A stretch of 64,000 bases of DNA from a virus (lineage: Duplodnaviria > Caudoviricetes), in the IMG/VR virus record IMGVR_UViG_3300042334_000305, positions 1,175-65,174 of that record; one strand, given 5' to 3'. The translations under genes were made by a program, and so were the position numbers. Below the pieces are notes generated by a model, which saw only the letters and a list, made by a program, of their open reading frames with translations, was not told where the DNA came from and did not search any database. Shown piece after piece: positions 30,065 to 38,821 of this stretch (position 1 is its first letter; each line of letters begins with the position of its first letter).

Positions 30065-31447
30065 TTAAAACATATCAAAATTATTATTATCAAATCTATC
30101 TATAGAAGTCTGAACTACATCATCATCATAGTCACCTCTTTCATTTTTATTCTTCCATGCTGGTATCTCAGATTCAAACTCTAGCTCTATATCTGCTAGT
30201 TCTCCATCTCTATGCTTAGCTAGGTAAACAAATGCTTGATTAGCCATAGGGCTAGTGTCTCTTTCGTTTCCTGGCAGGTAGTAAGCAGGTCTATAAAGGA
30301 AAGCTACTATGTCAGCATCTTGCTCTATATCTCCTGATTCTCTCAAGTCACTTAATATTGGTCGCTTATCTGTTCTCATTTCTACTGCCCTAGACAACTG
30401 TGCAAGGGCCACAATAGGTATTTTAAGCTCATTTGCCATATCTTTTAGCTTACGAGATACATCACCTACCTCATTAGTTCTATTCTGCGCTCCTGGGCTT
30501 GTAATCTTTTGAATGTAATCTAATACAACATAATCCAATCCTTCAGTGTATTTCATTTTGTAAACCATGGATATAACATCTGTGATAGTGAACGATCCTC
30601 CTACAATCTTAACGCCTGATGCGGCTATTCTTCTTTTGGATCTTTCAAATCTACCACGTTCCTTTGGAGATAGCTGACCTTTCTTGATTGAGTAGCCATT
30701 AACTCCAGAGTCAACAGCTATCAATCTCTTCATGACTTGAACTTCATCCATCTCGCATGATATGAATAAACCTTTTTTGTTTCCTCGTATAGATGCTGTT
30801 TTCATAATACCTAATCCCATTTGAGTTTTACCTGCGCCTGGCCTAGCTGCTACAACGATGAGGTTAGTAGGCTGCATACCAGATGTTATCTCATCAAACT
30901 CATGATAGCCAGTACGAATGCCTGATACACCATTACTCTCAGATGCTATTCTCATCTTATCCTCTAGCTCATCAAGTAGTGATTGATTGTCGTAGCTACG
31001 TTTGTTTATTAGGGCCTTGTACTTGTTATTAGTGATATGGTCTTGAAGAAAGTTAAGTACCTTCTCAGGCTCATAGTCAGCACCAGATGTCATTGATGAA
31101 ACCTTTTGAGCTAACTGTAAATGCTCATTCTTGATTGAATTACATACTAATACGTTTATAGCATCAGGTAATTCTTTGTGGCCAATAGGAAAAGATATTA
31201 TCTTACTTAACTGTATTACAGCTTCTTTGGAGAATATTGACTTTGATTTGTTTATTTCAACGATTAAAGAGGTAGTGTTAATAGGATCTTGATTTATGTA
31301 GAGCTTATGTACTGCATTGAATACTAGCTTATTGGTAGGGTCAACAAACATAGTCTCCTCTACCTTATCCATTAGTTGATGTATATCACCTGGATTAGCT
31401 AATACCTCATGTAGTATAACGTTCTCTGCTCTTATTTGTACATCCAT
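30065..31447 (-). CDS. dnaB: DnaB-like replicative helicase
   Basis: Walker A VAARPGAGKT, VVLDYIQ, LAQLSRAVE.RTDKRPILSDLRESGDIEQDAD. Confidence 0.95.
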   Translation of the reverse strand: MDVQIRAENVILHEVLANPGDIHQLMDKVEETMFVDPTNKLVFNAVHKLYINQDPINTTSLIVEINKSKSIFSKEAVIQLSKIISFPIGHKELPDAINVLVCNSIKNEHLQLAQKVSSMTSGADYEPEKVLNFLQDHITNNKYKALINKRSYDNQSLLDELEDKMRIASESNGVSGIRTGYHEFDEITSGMQPTNLIVVAARPGAGKTQMGLGIMKTASIRGNKKGLFISCEMDEVQVMKRLIAVDSGVNGYSIKKGQLSPKERGRFERSKRRIAASGVKIVGGSFTITDVISMVYKMKYTEGLDYVVLDYIQKITSPGAQNRTNEVGDVSRKLKDMANELKIPIVALAQLSRAVEMRTDKRPILSDLRESGDIEQDADIVAFLYRPAYYLPGNERDTSPMANQAFVYLAKHRDGELADIELEFESEIPAWKNKNERGDYDDDVVQTSIDRFDNNNFDMF

Positions 31448-31448
31448 A

Positions 31449-31757
31449 TTAACTTTCTATAAAGTCTTTAATACATCTTGTTTCTTCTTCGTAGATTCGA
31501 GATTTCTTTCTGCTTTTGTAGTGGTATACAACTGTTGCGTGGTCTATATTAAGGAGTGCGCCTACTTTAGTAGTTGTGTTATATCTAAAAAACTTTTCTT
31601 TATTATCTCTCCACCATAACACAAGGAATTGAACTCTATCTTTTTGGCTCATCTTCCTAGTCTTTTTACCTAGGTTATAACTGCTAACAGCTAGTTCAAT
31701 TAGTCTATCATAATCTATGTCTACAATCTTTTCTTTTATCCAGTGATTCCAACTCAT
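31449..31757 (-). CDS. DnaA C-terminal-like (TrpR-fold) HTH protein
   Basis: TTTKVGALLNIDHATVVYH matches the DnaA domain IV xIGxxxxxDHxTV motif. Confidence 0.6.
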   Translation of the reverse strand: MSWNHWIKEKIVDIDYDRLIELAVSSYNLGKKTRKMSQKDRVQFLVLWWRDNKEKFFRYNTTTKVGALLNIDHATVVYHYKSRKKSRIYEEETRCIKDFIES

Positions 31758-31823
31758 ATTAAAAAAGTTTAGAGGGTAGAATGACCAGCCACTTTCGTAG
31801 CTAGTCTCGCCATGCGTTAGTAA

Positions 31824-32126
31824 TTAATTTGTTACTTCTCTCTTTGATTTAGGTGAGCATCCTAAGTAGATGTTGAAATTAAATTGATGCTCTAGAAGTC
31901 TTTTATTTCTAGATCTTTTAAGCAACTTATCTCTATGTCTATCTACTATCTCCTGCATCTTATCGTAATCTATCTCGTAAGCCATAAAGTCTATAACTTT
32001 TTGACCTTCTTCATTTATTGGAGCTTCCTCTACTAATTTATTAAAGTCTGCTGATGGTGTTGAGTTAGCGTATAATTCAACCAGACAATCCCATATTGCC
32101 TGTGATACTTTATCCATTTTCTTCAT
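31824..32126 (-). CDS. Hypothetical protein, 100 aa
   Basis: ORF in the operon direction. Confidence 0.55.
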   Translation of the reverse strand: MKKMDKVSQAIWDCLVELYANSTPSADFNKLVEEAPINEEGQKVIDFMAYEIDYDKMQEIVDRHRDKLLKRSRNKRLLEHQFNFNIYLGCSPKSKREVTN

Positions 32127-32320
32127 TAGTCTAAGTTTAAGTTTATAATAAATCCTAGAAGGAATGCTGTTAAGATACAGTAGATTAGAATAAATCTTCT
32201 TAACAGATGATTAGGGTTATCTTTATTTTCTGAATCATCAAATACTGAATACATAATAAATAACATTATGAATCCTAGTATAATACTAATCATTTTCCCT
32301 AACATCATTGTCTCCTTCAT
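32126..32320 (-). CDS. Small two-TM membrane protein
   Basis: Two hydrophobic stretches in 64 aa. Confidence 0.5.
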   Translation of the reverse strand: MKETMMLGKMISIILGFIMLFIMYSVFDDSENKDNPNHLLRRFILIYCILTAFLLGFIINLNLD

Positions 32321-32831
32321 TTTCTAGGTAAGCTATAGATTCGCCAAAGTTATCTAAAAATTCTATAAGCTCAATCGTTGTCTTACCATTTTTATCAACT
32401 AAATTTACTACATCAGGGTATTGTTTCTCTAGCGTATCTAACACAGGTAGAGTCATTATCTTGATGATAAGAGGTGCTACTCTATCTTTAGCTTCACTCA
32501 TTGATTCTATGTCGTTAAGACAGCTTCTCAGCTTGATGTAGAATCTTATTAATGGTTCTCTCTTCTTGTTAGGTATAGATATATTCTCTAATGATTTCTC
32601 GAATGCTGTGTATAGATCGCTTAACAAGTCTGTGTTCTCTTCTGCTAGTCCATCCATGATTTGTTTGGTATGATTCTCCATTACCATTAACCAATCCCTT
32701 GACTTTCTTTTGAAGTTGAATTTGAAATAAGTTTCATCGCTTATTATCTCATCCATATCATTGAAGGCAGAAGATACTTTTAATACGCAGCGTATCATTT
32801 TTACAGTGTCTGACATTGATGGTGTTTCCAT
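32286..32831 (-). CDS. Hypothetical protein, 181 aa
   Basis: ORF in the operon direction. Confidence 0.55.
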   Translation of the reverse strand: METPSMSDTVKMIRCVLKVSSAFNDMDEIISDETYFKFNFKRKSRDWLMVMENHTKQIMDGLAEENTDLLSDLYTAFEKSLENISIPNKKREPLIRFYIKLRSCLNDIESMSEAKDRVAPLIIKIMTLPVLDTLEKQYPDVVNLVDKNGKTTIELIEFLDNFGESIAYLENEGDNDVREND

Positions 32832-32840
32832 TTCTTTTTT

Positions 32841-33011
32841 TTAGTTGTTAAATAATCCTGCCCACCATAGTAGCAATATGTGTAAAGCTATATCAATTAT
32901 TGTCGAAAATACATTATACTTTTGATCGACTTTTGTTTGACCATGCTTATACGCAGTATACAATAACGTAATAAACCACATGGAAAATAAAATAATTATT
33001 GGTGCTTTCAT
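32841..33011 (-). CDS. 56-aa two-TM protein (not in ORF track)
   Basis: MKAPIIILFSMWFITLLYTAY..IIDIALHILLLWWAGLFNN fills the gap. Confidence 0.5.
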   Translation of the reverse strand: MKAPIIILFSMWFITLLYTAYKHGQTKVDQKYNVFSTIIDIALHILLLWWAGLFNN

Positions 33012-33012
33012 A

Positions 33013-33459
33013 TTATTCTTTTGGTATTGTTACTTGTAATGTTACACTAGCTTCTCTTGAGATCTTCGCAGGAGCTATTTTCCTGCCCTCTGTGTCCTTT
33101 AATTCACCATACCTAGACGCTTCTATCATTAAGGTCTCGATCTTCTTTCTATCGGCTTCTAATTGCTTAATCTTAAAATTTAACTCTACCCACTCAGGAT
33201 TATCAGAGAAGTCATAGGCTGGAGCAACTGCTTTAGTAGCTACCCAGCATCCATTAGCTTTAGCTTTCTTATCATCTAATGATTTAAGAACTTCAATAGC
33301 ATCTTCTTTACAGTGTGCCATTATCTCTTTTGATATTTCCTCTAGCTCCTTACCCTTTAGATAAGCATCTATCGGGTCTGTATTCTCTTGTAAGAAAGCT
33401 ACTGCTGTCTGTTTAATTGTGTCTTTGGTAATAAAGACTTCTTCAAATATTTTAGTCAT
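33013..33459 (-). CDS. Conserved protein downstream of the annealase, 148 aa
   Basis: Coiled coil with YDFSDNPEWVEL..RKKIE, adjacent to the Sak-like gene. Confidence 0.5.
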   Translation of the reverse strand: MTKIFEEVFITKDTIKQTAVAFLQENTDPIDAYLKGKELEEISKEIMAHCKEDAIEVLKSLDDKKAKANGCWVATKAVAPAYDFSDNPEWVELNFKIKQLEADRKKIETLMIEASRYGELKDTEGRKIAPAKISREASVTLQVTIPKE

Positions 33460-33461
33460 AA

Positions 33462-34382
33462 TTAATTTTTTAAAGTAAATGCGTGATTATTACATGCTGT
33501 CTTAAATGATTCTAGGTTAGTAGGATCTGATAGTTTTAACTGTTCTATTATTGGAACTGCCCATTCTTTAAGACTTGACCTGGTGTCATGTTTCTTTATC
33601 TGACCTATTGATTCTTCATAAAGAGAAGGAGATAAAGAGTCATTAAGTTCTTTGTCAATAGCTTCTCTCATCGCTTCTACTGTCATCTTAGCTGTAGGTT
33701 TCTTGCCTATTACAGTGATATACTCTTGAGTTACTGCTTCTAATTCTACCTCAGCATCTGTCTTTTTCTTTAGTACTCCTTGAGGATTAGCATCAGGATC
33801 TATAACGGATTGTGCTTTTTGTTGCACTTTTGGCTGTGTTTCTTCCTTGATATACTCACCCCATTGGAATCGTAGCTTACCATTAGTATCTTTACATGCT
33901 AGGTAATTAACCTTACCATCAGTAAACTGAGAGTGCCATTTCCAATCTCTAAGTTTCAATCCCCACTTTTGTCTACCCTTACCTGATACTAATTCATATT
34001 CAGTATCTAATACTAGAGGAATAGATATGATTGGATAGTCATAAAGCTCACGACCTATACCCCAATTGAAGCACGCACGTTTAAATGAGTCAGATGATTC
34101 ACCTTTGGTAGCTTCTGTCATAGATTCCGTACCTACATCAGACTTCCATACCCATTCACCATTCTCTTCATTATAGATACCAACGTGGCAGAATAGTTTA
34201 CCATCAATAAGCTCATGTTTACGTTGCCAGTTAAGCGGGCCAACTGCCTGGTCTAATCTCTGCATGTCTATACGAGCTGACTTATACGCTAGTATTGTAG
34301 CGTAGCCTTTAGCATTAATTGATTGTACTCTGAAGTCAATGTCCTCAATGGTCAAAGGTCTTGATAATTCTTTTAGGTTCAT
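33462..34382 (-). CDS. Rad52/Sak-like single-strand annealing protein
   Basis: LAYKSARIDMQRLD..NWQR..VWKSDVG..KGESSDSFKRACFNWGIGRELYD. Confidence 0.85.
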   Translation of the reverse strand: MNLKELSRPLTIEDIDFRVQSINAKGYATILAYKSARIDMQRLDQAVGPLNWQRKHELIDGKLFCHVGIYNEENGEWVWKSDVGTESMTEATKGESSDSFKRACFNWGIGRELYDYPIISIPLVLDTEYELVSGKGRQKWGLKLRDWKWHSQFTDGKVNYLACKDTNGKLRFQWGEYIKEETQPKVQQKAQSVIDPDANPQGVLKKKTDAEVELEAVTQEYITVIGKKPTAKMTVEAMREAIDKELNDSLSPSLYEESIGQIKKHDTRSSLKEWAVPIIEQLKLSDPTNLESFKTACNNHAFTLKN

Positions 34383-34392
34383 ACTTTATTTT

Positions 34393-34680
34393 TTATTTAG
34401 TTAATACAAATGATAAGTTCCAATTAGGAATAGATGAGTCAATGAATGCTCGCAGTATCTCTTCCTTCACTTTAGCTGATGGATAATGTTTGAATACTGA
34501 TTTAGCAAGTTTCAATGCTTCTCTATCTTCTTCAGACTTTTTAAACACATCCTTGTTAAGTTCTAATCTTCTCTTGTTTACCTCAGCTTGAACAATAGAT
34601 TTGTTTTGAGACATTGATCCATCCGTACTTGTTTTTGGTACAAGTTTAACCATTACTCTTTGTGCAAAATGTAATTTCAT
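34393..34680 (-). CDS. Hypothetical protein, 95 aa
   Basis: ORF in the operon direction. Confidence 0.5.
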   Translation of the reverse strand: MKLHFAQRVMVKLVPKTSTDGSMSQNKSIVQAEVNKRRLELNKDVFKKSEEDREALKLAKSVFKHYPSAKVKEEILRAFIDSSIPNWNLSFVLTK

Positions 34681-34696
34681 ATTTGTTTTTTAGTTA

Positions 34697-35008
34697 TTAA
34701 AATAAATCCTCACTTGATACTTCTACCTTTTGTTTTTCTTTTCTTGATGCTCCTATGCTTGATTGATTACGTAGTGAGTATCTCGATATTATAATATTAA
34801 TATCTAGGTTTAAGAACTCAGCTAGGAATATGAATACATAAGCATCATTAGGATATGCTCCTCTCACTAGGTTATACACATTCATGTATGAGTGCCAGTT
34901 ACTCCCTGGCACATCTTGTTTAACCAATTCATCTTGTAGATGCTGAACACGATAGCGTTGCTCATCTAATAGATCTTTGATTCCGATAAACTTGTTTGAT
35001 AAACTCAT
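34697..35008 (-). CDS. Probable HTH DNA-binding protein, 103 aa
   Basis: XRE-like spacing: IKDLLDEQ..VYNLVRG..LAEFLNLDINIII. Confidence 0.45.
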   Translation of the reverse strand: MSLSNKFIGIKDLLDEQRYRVQHLQDELVKQDVPGSNWHSYMNVYNLVRGAYPNDAYVFIFLAEFLNLDINIIISRYSLRNQSSIGASRKEKQKVEVSSEDLF

Positions 35009-35059
35009 TGACTCTGCTAAATTAAAAGTTATTAATCACAAATCCAAACTTATTAACAT

Positions 35060-35365
35060 TTATTTACTAAATATTTGTTTGAATTTTTCTTCTGTACATA
35101 CTATAGTTCCATCATTAACTACCACATTATCCTTTACTGATATTTCAACTATTGTGTTATATCTATCTTTCATTGAAATAGTTATATCATCATCATTCTG
35201 TTCTACGTTCATGATGGAGGATAGGGTAGGTACATCATCTATTAGTTCAATGTAGTAAGGGAAGTCATATACTGCCTTGAGTAATATTTTAAACTTCTCC
35301 ATGTCGTCAATTTTAAAGATGGCTTGAAGTCTACCATCTGCTCTAAATACCATTGCTGTTTTCAT
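35060..35365 (-). CDS. Hypothetical protein, 101 aa
   Basis: Starts inside the 24-nt boundary repeat. Confidence 0.55.
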   Translation of the reverse strand: MKTAMVFRADGRLQAIFKIDDMEKFKILLKAVYDFPYYIELIDDVPTLSSIMNVEQNDDDITISMKDRYNTIVEISVKDNVVVNDGTIVCTEEKFKQIFSK

Positions 35366-35385
35366 TCTATTCTGATTTAAAGGTT
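35362..35385 (-). repeat. 24-nt boundary repeat, copy 1 (AACCTTTAAATCAGAATAGAATGA)
   Basis: Identical to 35842-35865, 36078-36101 and, on the + strand, 46312-46335. Confidence 0.9.
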
Positions 35386-35387
35386 AA

Positions 35388-35729
35388 TTACTTCTTTTTA
35401 AACATTTCTCTTACTAAGAATTCATAATGTAAAGGTAGGTGCATACTAAATTTATCAAACATATCCATGACTTCTTCCTCACTATACATTCTTTCGGCTT
35501 GCCAATTAGCTCCTTCAATAAAATCTACTGATTCAGTTCCATCGGATTCTTTAAAACTATTTTCATATTTTTCAGCAGCTTCTTCTAATGTTTCTTGTTT
35601 AAATGATTTTTGTAGACTAAGTTGTTCTTTTTTATCAAGTTCAGCTTTATCAAGTTCAGCTATAAGATTCATAAGCCTTCTTCTAAGTTCTTTTTGCTCT
35701 TTAATATAAGAATCATTTTTTGATTTCAT
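35388..35729 (-). CDS. Small protein with KQETLEEAAEKY motif
   Basis: ETLEEAAE..FIEGANWQAERMYSEEEV pattern. Confidence 0.6.
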   Translation of the reverse strand: MKSKNDSYIKEQKELRRRLMNLIAELDKAELDKKEQLSLQKSFKQETLEEAAEKYENSFKESDGTESVDFIEGANWQAERMYSEEEVMDMFDKFSMHLPLHYEFLVREMFKKK

Positions 35730-35731
35730 AT

Positions 35732-35845
35732 TTATTGTTTAAATGTTAAAATAATAAATGAAATTGCTAACAACCCACCACCAACTAAAACTGCAAATAC
35801 AATGTCTCTGATTCCTTTTAACTTTTCATAATTTTCATCTTTCAT
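35732..35845 (-). CDS. 37-aa TM peptide (not in ORF track)
   Basis: Starts at the ATG of boundary repeat copy 2: MKDENYEKLKGIRDIVFAVLVGGGLLAISFIILTFKQ. Confidence 0.5.
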   Translation of the reverse strand: MKDENYEKLKGIRDIVFAVLVGGGLLAISFIILTFKQ

Positions 35846-35865
35846 TCTATTCTGATTTAAAGGTT
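35842..35865 (-). repeat. 24-nt boundary repeat, copy 2
   Basis: Identity with copy 1 extends to 30 nt. Confidence 0.9.
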
Positions 35866-36081
35866 AATTATTTCTTGTTTAACTTCTTGCCAATATTCCA
35901 TAGTTGATTCTACATTTGTGTTCAATGGATTTGAATGAGGGTTGCTACTGAGTATCTCATCAACTGCAATCAATGCACATTGTTTAGCATTTTCATTCTG
36001 ATTTTTTCCATCTAAAGAATAGGATGTGGCTCTTGGATAGAACTTATCTACTAATTCTTTTGCTTTTTCTTTTGTTGTCAT
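35857..36081 (-). CDS. KEKAKEL-family small protein
   Basis: MTTKEKAKELVDKF..AKQCALIAVDEIL..YWQEVKQEI. Start placed at the ATG in boundary repeat copy 3. Confidence 0.65.
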   Translation of the reverse strand: MTTKEKAKELVDKFYPRATSYSLDGKNQNENAKQCALIAVDEILSSNPHSNPLNTNVESTMEYWQEVKQEIINL

Positions 36082-36101
36082 TCTATTCTGATTTAAAGGT
36101 T
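36078..36101 (-). repeat. 24-nt boundary repeat, copy 3
   Basis: Direct sequence identity. Confidence 0.9.
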
Positions 36102-36287
36102 TCTTTGTAGTATTGTTCTGCATCTTTCTTCTGTTAATGGTATATCTTGTCCACCATCCCAATAAGCATCCATTATCTGATTCTCAAACATTTTATCTGC
36201 TATTTCAACTATATCTTCAGGAACTCCATAAGGAAAATATCCTTCATTCCATAGTTGTTGTACCAACCATTCTACTGCTGTTTTCAT
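36093..36287 (-). CDS. TAVEWL-family small protein with frameshifted C-terminus
   Basis: MKTAVEWL. The family ending EQYYKETFKSE is present but in another frame. Confidence 0.55.
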   Translation of the reverse strand: MKTAVEWLVQQLWNEGYFPYGVPEDIVEIADKMFENQIMDAYWDGGQDIPLTEERCRTILQRNL

Positions 36288-36288
36288 A

Positions 36289-36663
36289 TTACTTTGTTTT
36301 TCTATATTCTATTTCTTTTTTAATTAAATCTATGTGCCAATCTGCACCACCATACTCAACTACTGCTTCAAGGTAATCATCATCCATATCGCATATCGCA
36401 ATCCACGATAAAGGTTGATCTTTATTAGGGCCTCTACTACCACGAGCTGCTACCTTTCTCACTACTTCAAAGTCATCATCAGCATATACAGCTATTGGTT
36501 CAATCTTATTCATATCCTTAGCACCATACCTCATATAATCCAATCCACCATCTGCCATAGCTAAGTTAGGGCATCCACATAGTACATAGTCATGTCTAGT
36601 CCTGGAGATTATTGTCTCACCACATTCTAAGCATTTCACTGCGTTATAAACTAATTGTCTCAT
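36289..36663 (-). CDS. Zn-binding protein (CxxC..CxC), 124 aa
   Basis: NAVKCLECGETIISRTRHDYVLCGC..DGGLDYMR. Confidence 0.65.
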   Translation of the reverse strand: MRQLVYNAVKCLECGETIISRTRHDYVLCGCPNLAMADGGLDYMRYGAKDMNKIEPIAVYADDDFEVVRKVAARGSRGPNKDQPLSWIAICDMDDDYLEAVVEYGGADWHIDLIKKEIEYRKTK

Positions 36664-37169
36664 ATTTTATTTTTTATTACTTGATTGAAATAATCTTTTG
36701 CGTTCTCATACTCTATACCATCTCCCTGAGCATCATTAAACCCATCGGTATATCCAGCTTCAAATGCTGCAATTACCCATGATGTAAATGCTGATTTCAT
36801 TTCTTTTAATTTTTGTAGGTATAATATTCCATCCATTAATTCTTCCTGGAGATGATTAAAGAAGTCATCAGTATTATTATCATGAAGGGTAGTACCATAT
36901 TTTTTAATACCTACTTCGCTACGTTTATCAAACATTTCTTTCACTTGTTCTACGATAGGATCTGTTGTGGATAGTGAACGAGGTTCTCCTTCCACGAAAT
37001 ACATTGAGGAGTAGTATGAATAAGCTCCTAAGTCATCAAGGATATAATAGGTTATTGGTCCACCATTACCATAGGAATAAGTATAGTCAGCAGGATAATA
37101 TCTGCCGATAGTTAATCTTGTTTCCAATCCTTTGTTGTCAATACATTTTAAAACTTTCTTTTTTTTCAT
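36660..37169 (-). CDS. Second all-alpha NTP pyrophosphatase-like protein with N-terminal extra domain
   Basis: RSEVGIKKYGTTL..NHLQEELMDGILYLQK. Confidence 0.65.
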   Translation of the reverse strand: MKKKKVLKCIDNKGLETRLTIGRYYPADYTYSYGNGGPITYYILDDLGAYSYYSSMYFVEGEPRSLSTTDPIVEQVKEMFDKRSEVGIKKYGTTLHDNNTDDFFNHLQEELMDGILYLQKLKEMKSAFTSWVIAAFEAGYTDGFNDAQGDGIEYENAKDYFNQVIKNKI

Positions 37170-37260
37170 TTGTTTAATTATTAATCGTTATTATATTCAT
37201 TTACTAATCTAAAGGCTATCACTAGTATTGCTACTGCGAATGTTATCATTGCTAAATCTT

Positions 37261-37506
37261 TCATAATTCTTCTAATTCATTATAATATTTCACTAAATCT
37301 TCTTCAATCAATTCTAATTGACCATTTAATATCTTTAACATAATATCTACACTATATATTGGAACACTACCTCCTGATCCATAATCTATTGTACATGATA
37401 TAACAGGAGATCTTAACGCTTGTAATATGTTTTTTTTATCATAGTCTAATCGAGTTATATTATCAATTATTCTTTTTGCTTTTTGATATTTAATATTTGT
37501 TATCAT
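37261..37506 (-). CDS. Hypothetical protein
   Basis: ORF in the operon direction. Start placed at MITNIK. Confidence 0.5.
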   Translation of the reverse strand: MITNIKYQKAKRIIDNITRLDYDKKNILQALRSPVISCTIDYGSGGSVPIYSVDIMLKILNGQLELIEEDLVKYYNELEEL

Positions 37507-37516
37507 ATTCTTTTTT

Positions 37517-37762
37517 TTAAAATTCATAATCTGATATGTCCATGTAATACTCTTCATCTTCCATCTGAGCTACATGATCCTGGGCTATATCTCCATGTAA
37601 CTCAAACTTATACTTAGGTACTTTTTTTTCTGCTGTTTCAATGTTTCTTAGAATCATCTTTAGCGTATTTCTTAAGTGAGAAATACTCATTTGATCTACG
37701 TCAATCATTTCTCCTGATTTCATTTTCCAATAAACTTTTTTTAAATTTCCAGATGTATCCAT
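37517..37762 (-). CDS. Small protein (YWKMKSGEMIDVDQM..HL family), start overlapping the endonuclease
   Basis: Paralogous to the fragment at 38431-38526. Confidence 0.55.
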   Translation of the reverse strand: MDTSGNLKKVYWKMKSGEMIDVDQMSISHLRNTLKMILRNIETAEKKVPKYKFELHGDIAQDHVAQMEDEEYYMDISDYEF

Positions 37763-38400
37763 TTGATTTTCCTTTATTTTTTATACAGCATCTTGAGATG
37801 TTGCTTTTGTTATACTTTAATTCTTTTTGAACTTGTGTAGCACTTTTCCATTCTTTAATAAAATTACCTTCTAAATCATATTGAATAATAGGTTTAGATT
37901 TTTGTTCAGATACTAATTGCCTATTAGCTTCTGACATACCCTTACCTTTATTACTTAATGAAATTTTATTTTTAGTTTCTAAACTAACTACTCTATTTTT
38001 GGAGGCTTTAGACATTTTATCAAGAGTTTCTTGAGAATAATTCTGTCTTTGTTTTCTGAATAAAGCTTTAGTTTCTTCTGAATGTTTAAATCCTATTTGA
38101 CCATCTCCACCTAACGTCATATTATACCCACTATTAAAAGAATCAAACATCTGTATAAAATGTTTTTCTTTTTCATTTAGCATTAAATTTAATTCATCAA
38201 TAGGTAACAAAGGAGACTCAAATAAAACTTCATATTCAAATGAATCTAATCCATACTTTTTAACAGCTGAATAAAATTTATTTATTAAAGTTTTTGAGTT
38301 GCAAAGATGTTCTCTTTTTCTTTTCTTGGCGTCTATGGTTTTACCAATGTAAGCTTTACCTGATGGGCTTTTGTATCTATATATTATTCCTTTTTTCATA
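37701..38400 (-). mobile_element. GIY-YIG homing endonuclease with NUMOD3 and NUMOD1 domains
   Basis: GIIYRY..AYIGKT, GYNMTLGGDG, FKHSEETK, KPIIQYDLEGNFIKEWKSA..GYIWKF. Confidence 0.88.
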
Positions 38401-38430
38401 CGATAAAAATAAAAAACAATATCCATATAA

Positions 38431-38526
38431 TCAAGTATAACTTAAAATTAAATGATTAAGATCCATGTCATCAACATTAATCTTTTGACCATCTTTAGTC
38501 ATCCAGTAATAATCTTTTTTATTCAT
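38431..38526 (-). pseudogene. Truncated 5' copy of the gene interrupted by the GIY-YIG insertion
   Basis: MNKKDYYWMTKDGQKINVDDMDLNHL then stop. Aligns with KKVYWKMKSGEMIDVDQMSISHL at 37517-37762. Confidence 0.6.
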
Positions 38527-38529
38527 CTT

Positions 38530-38820
38530 TTTTTTTATTTATTATTTATATTATTGATTTCAACCACTTACTTTTGTTAGATTCTTGAGGAGCTAAGGTG
38601 ATAACAAACAAGTTATCTCCCCCTCCCCCTCATTGTTGGAAAGATAACTTATTCATCACCACTTACTTCCGTTGAGTTCCAGTATCGCTTGAGGCTGATG
38701 TCGGGTGACAAGTTAAGAAAACCCTTCTACATCATTTAAGATAATAATAGCATTACACTATACATGCACCTTGATTCGGTTCTGTTGTTTCGTTACGACA
38801 CCCGTTGTTTTTAAAGGGAA
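38530..38820 (-). ncRNA. Candidate structured non-coding region
   Basis: No convincing ORF. Long hairpin GGTGATGAATAAGTTATCT..AGATAACTTGTTTGTTATCACC. Confidence 0.35.
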
Positions 38821-38821
38821 T

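Noticed and set aside
31783-31806. Terminator between 31824 and 31757
   Set aside because: Good 10-bp GAAA-capped hairpin, but the U-tract is about 17 nt away. More likely a stabilising or processing stem.
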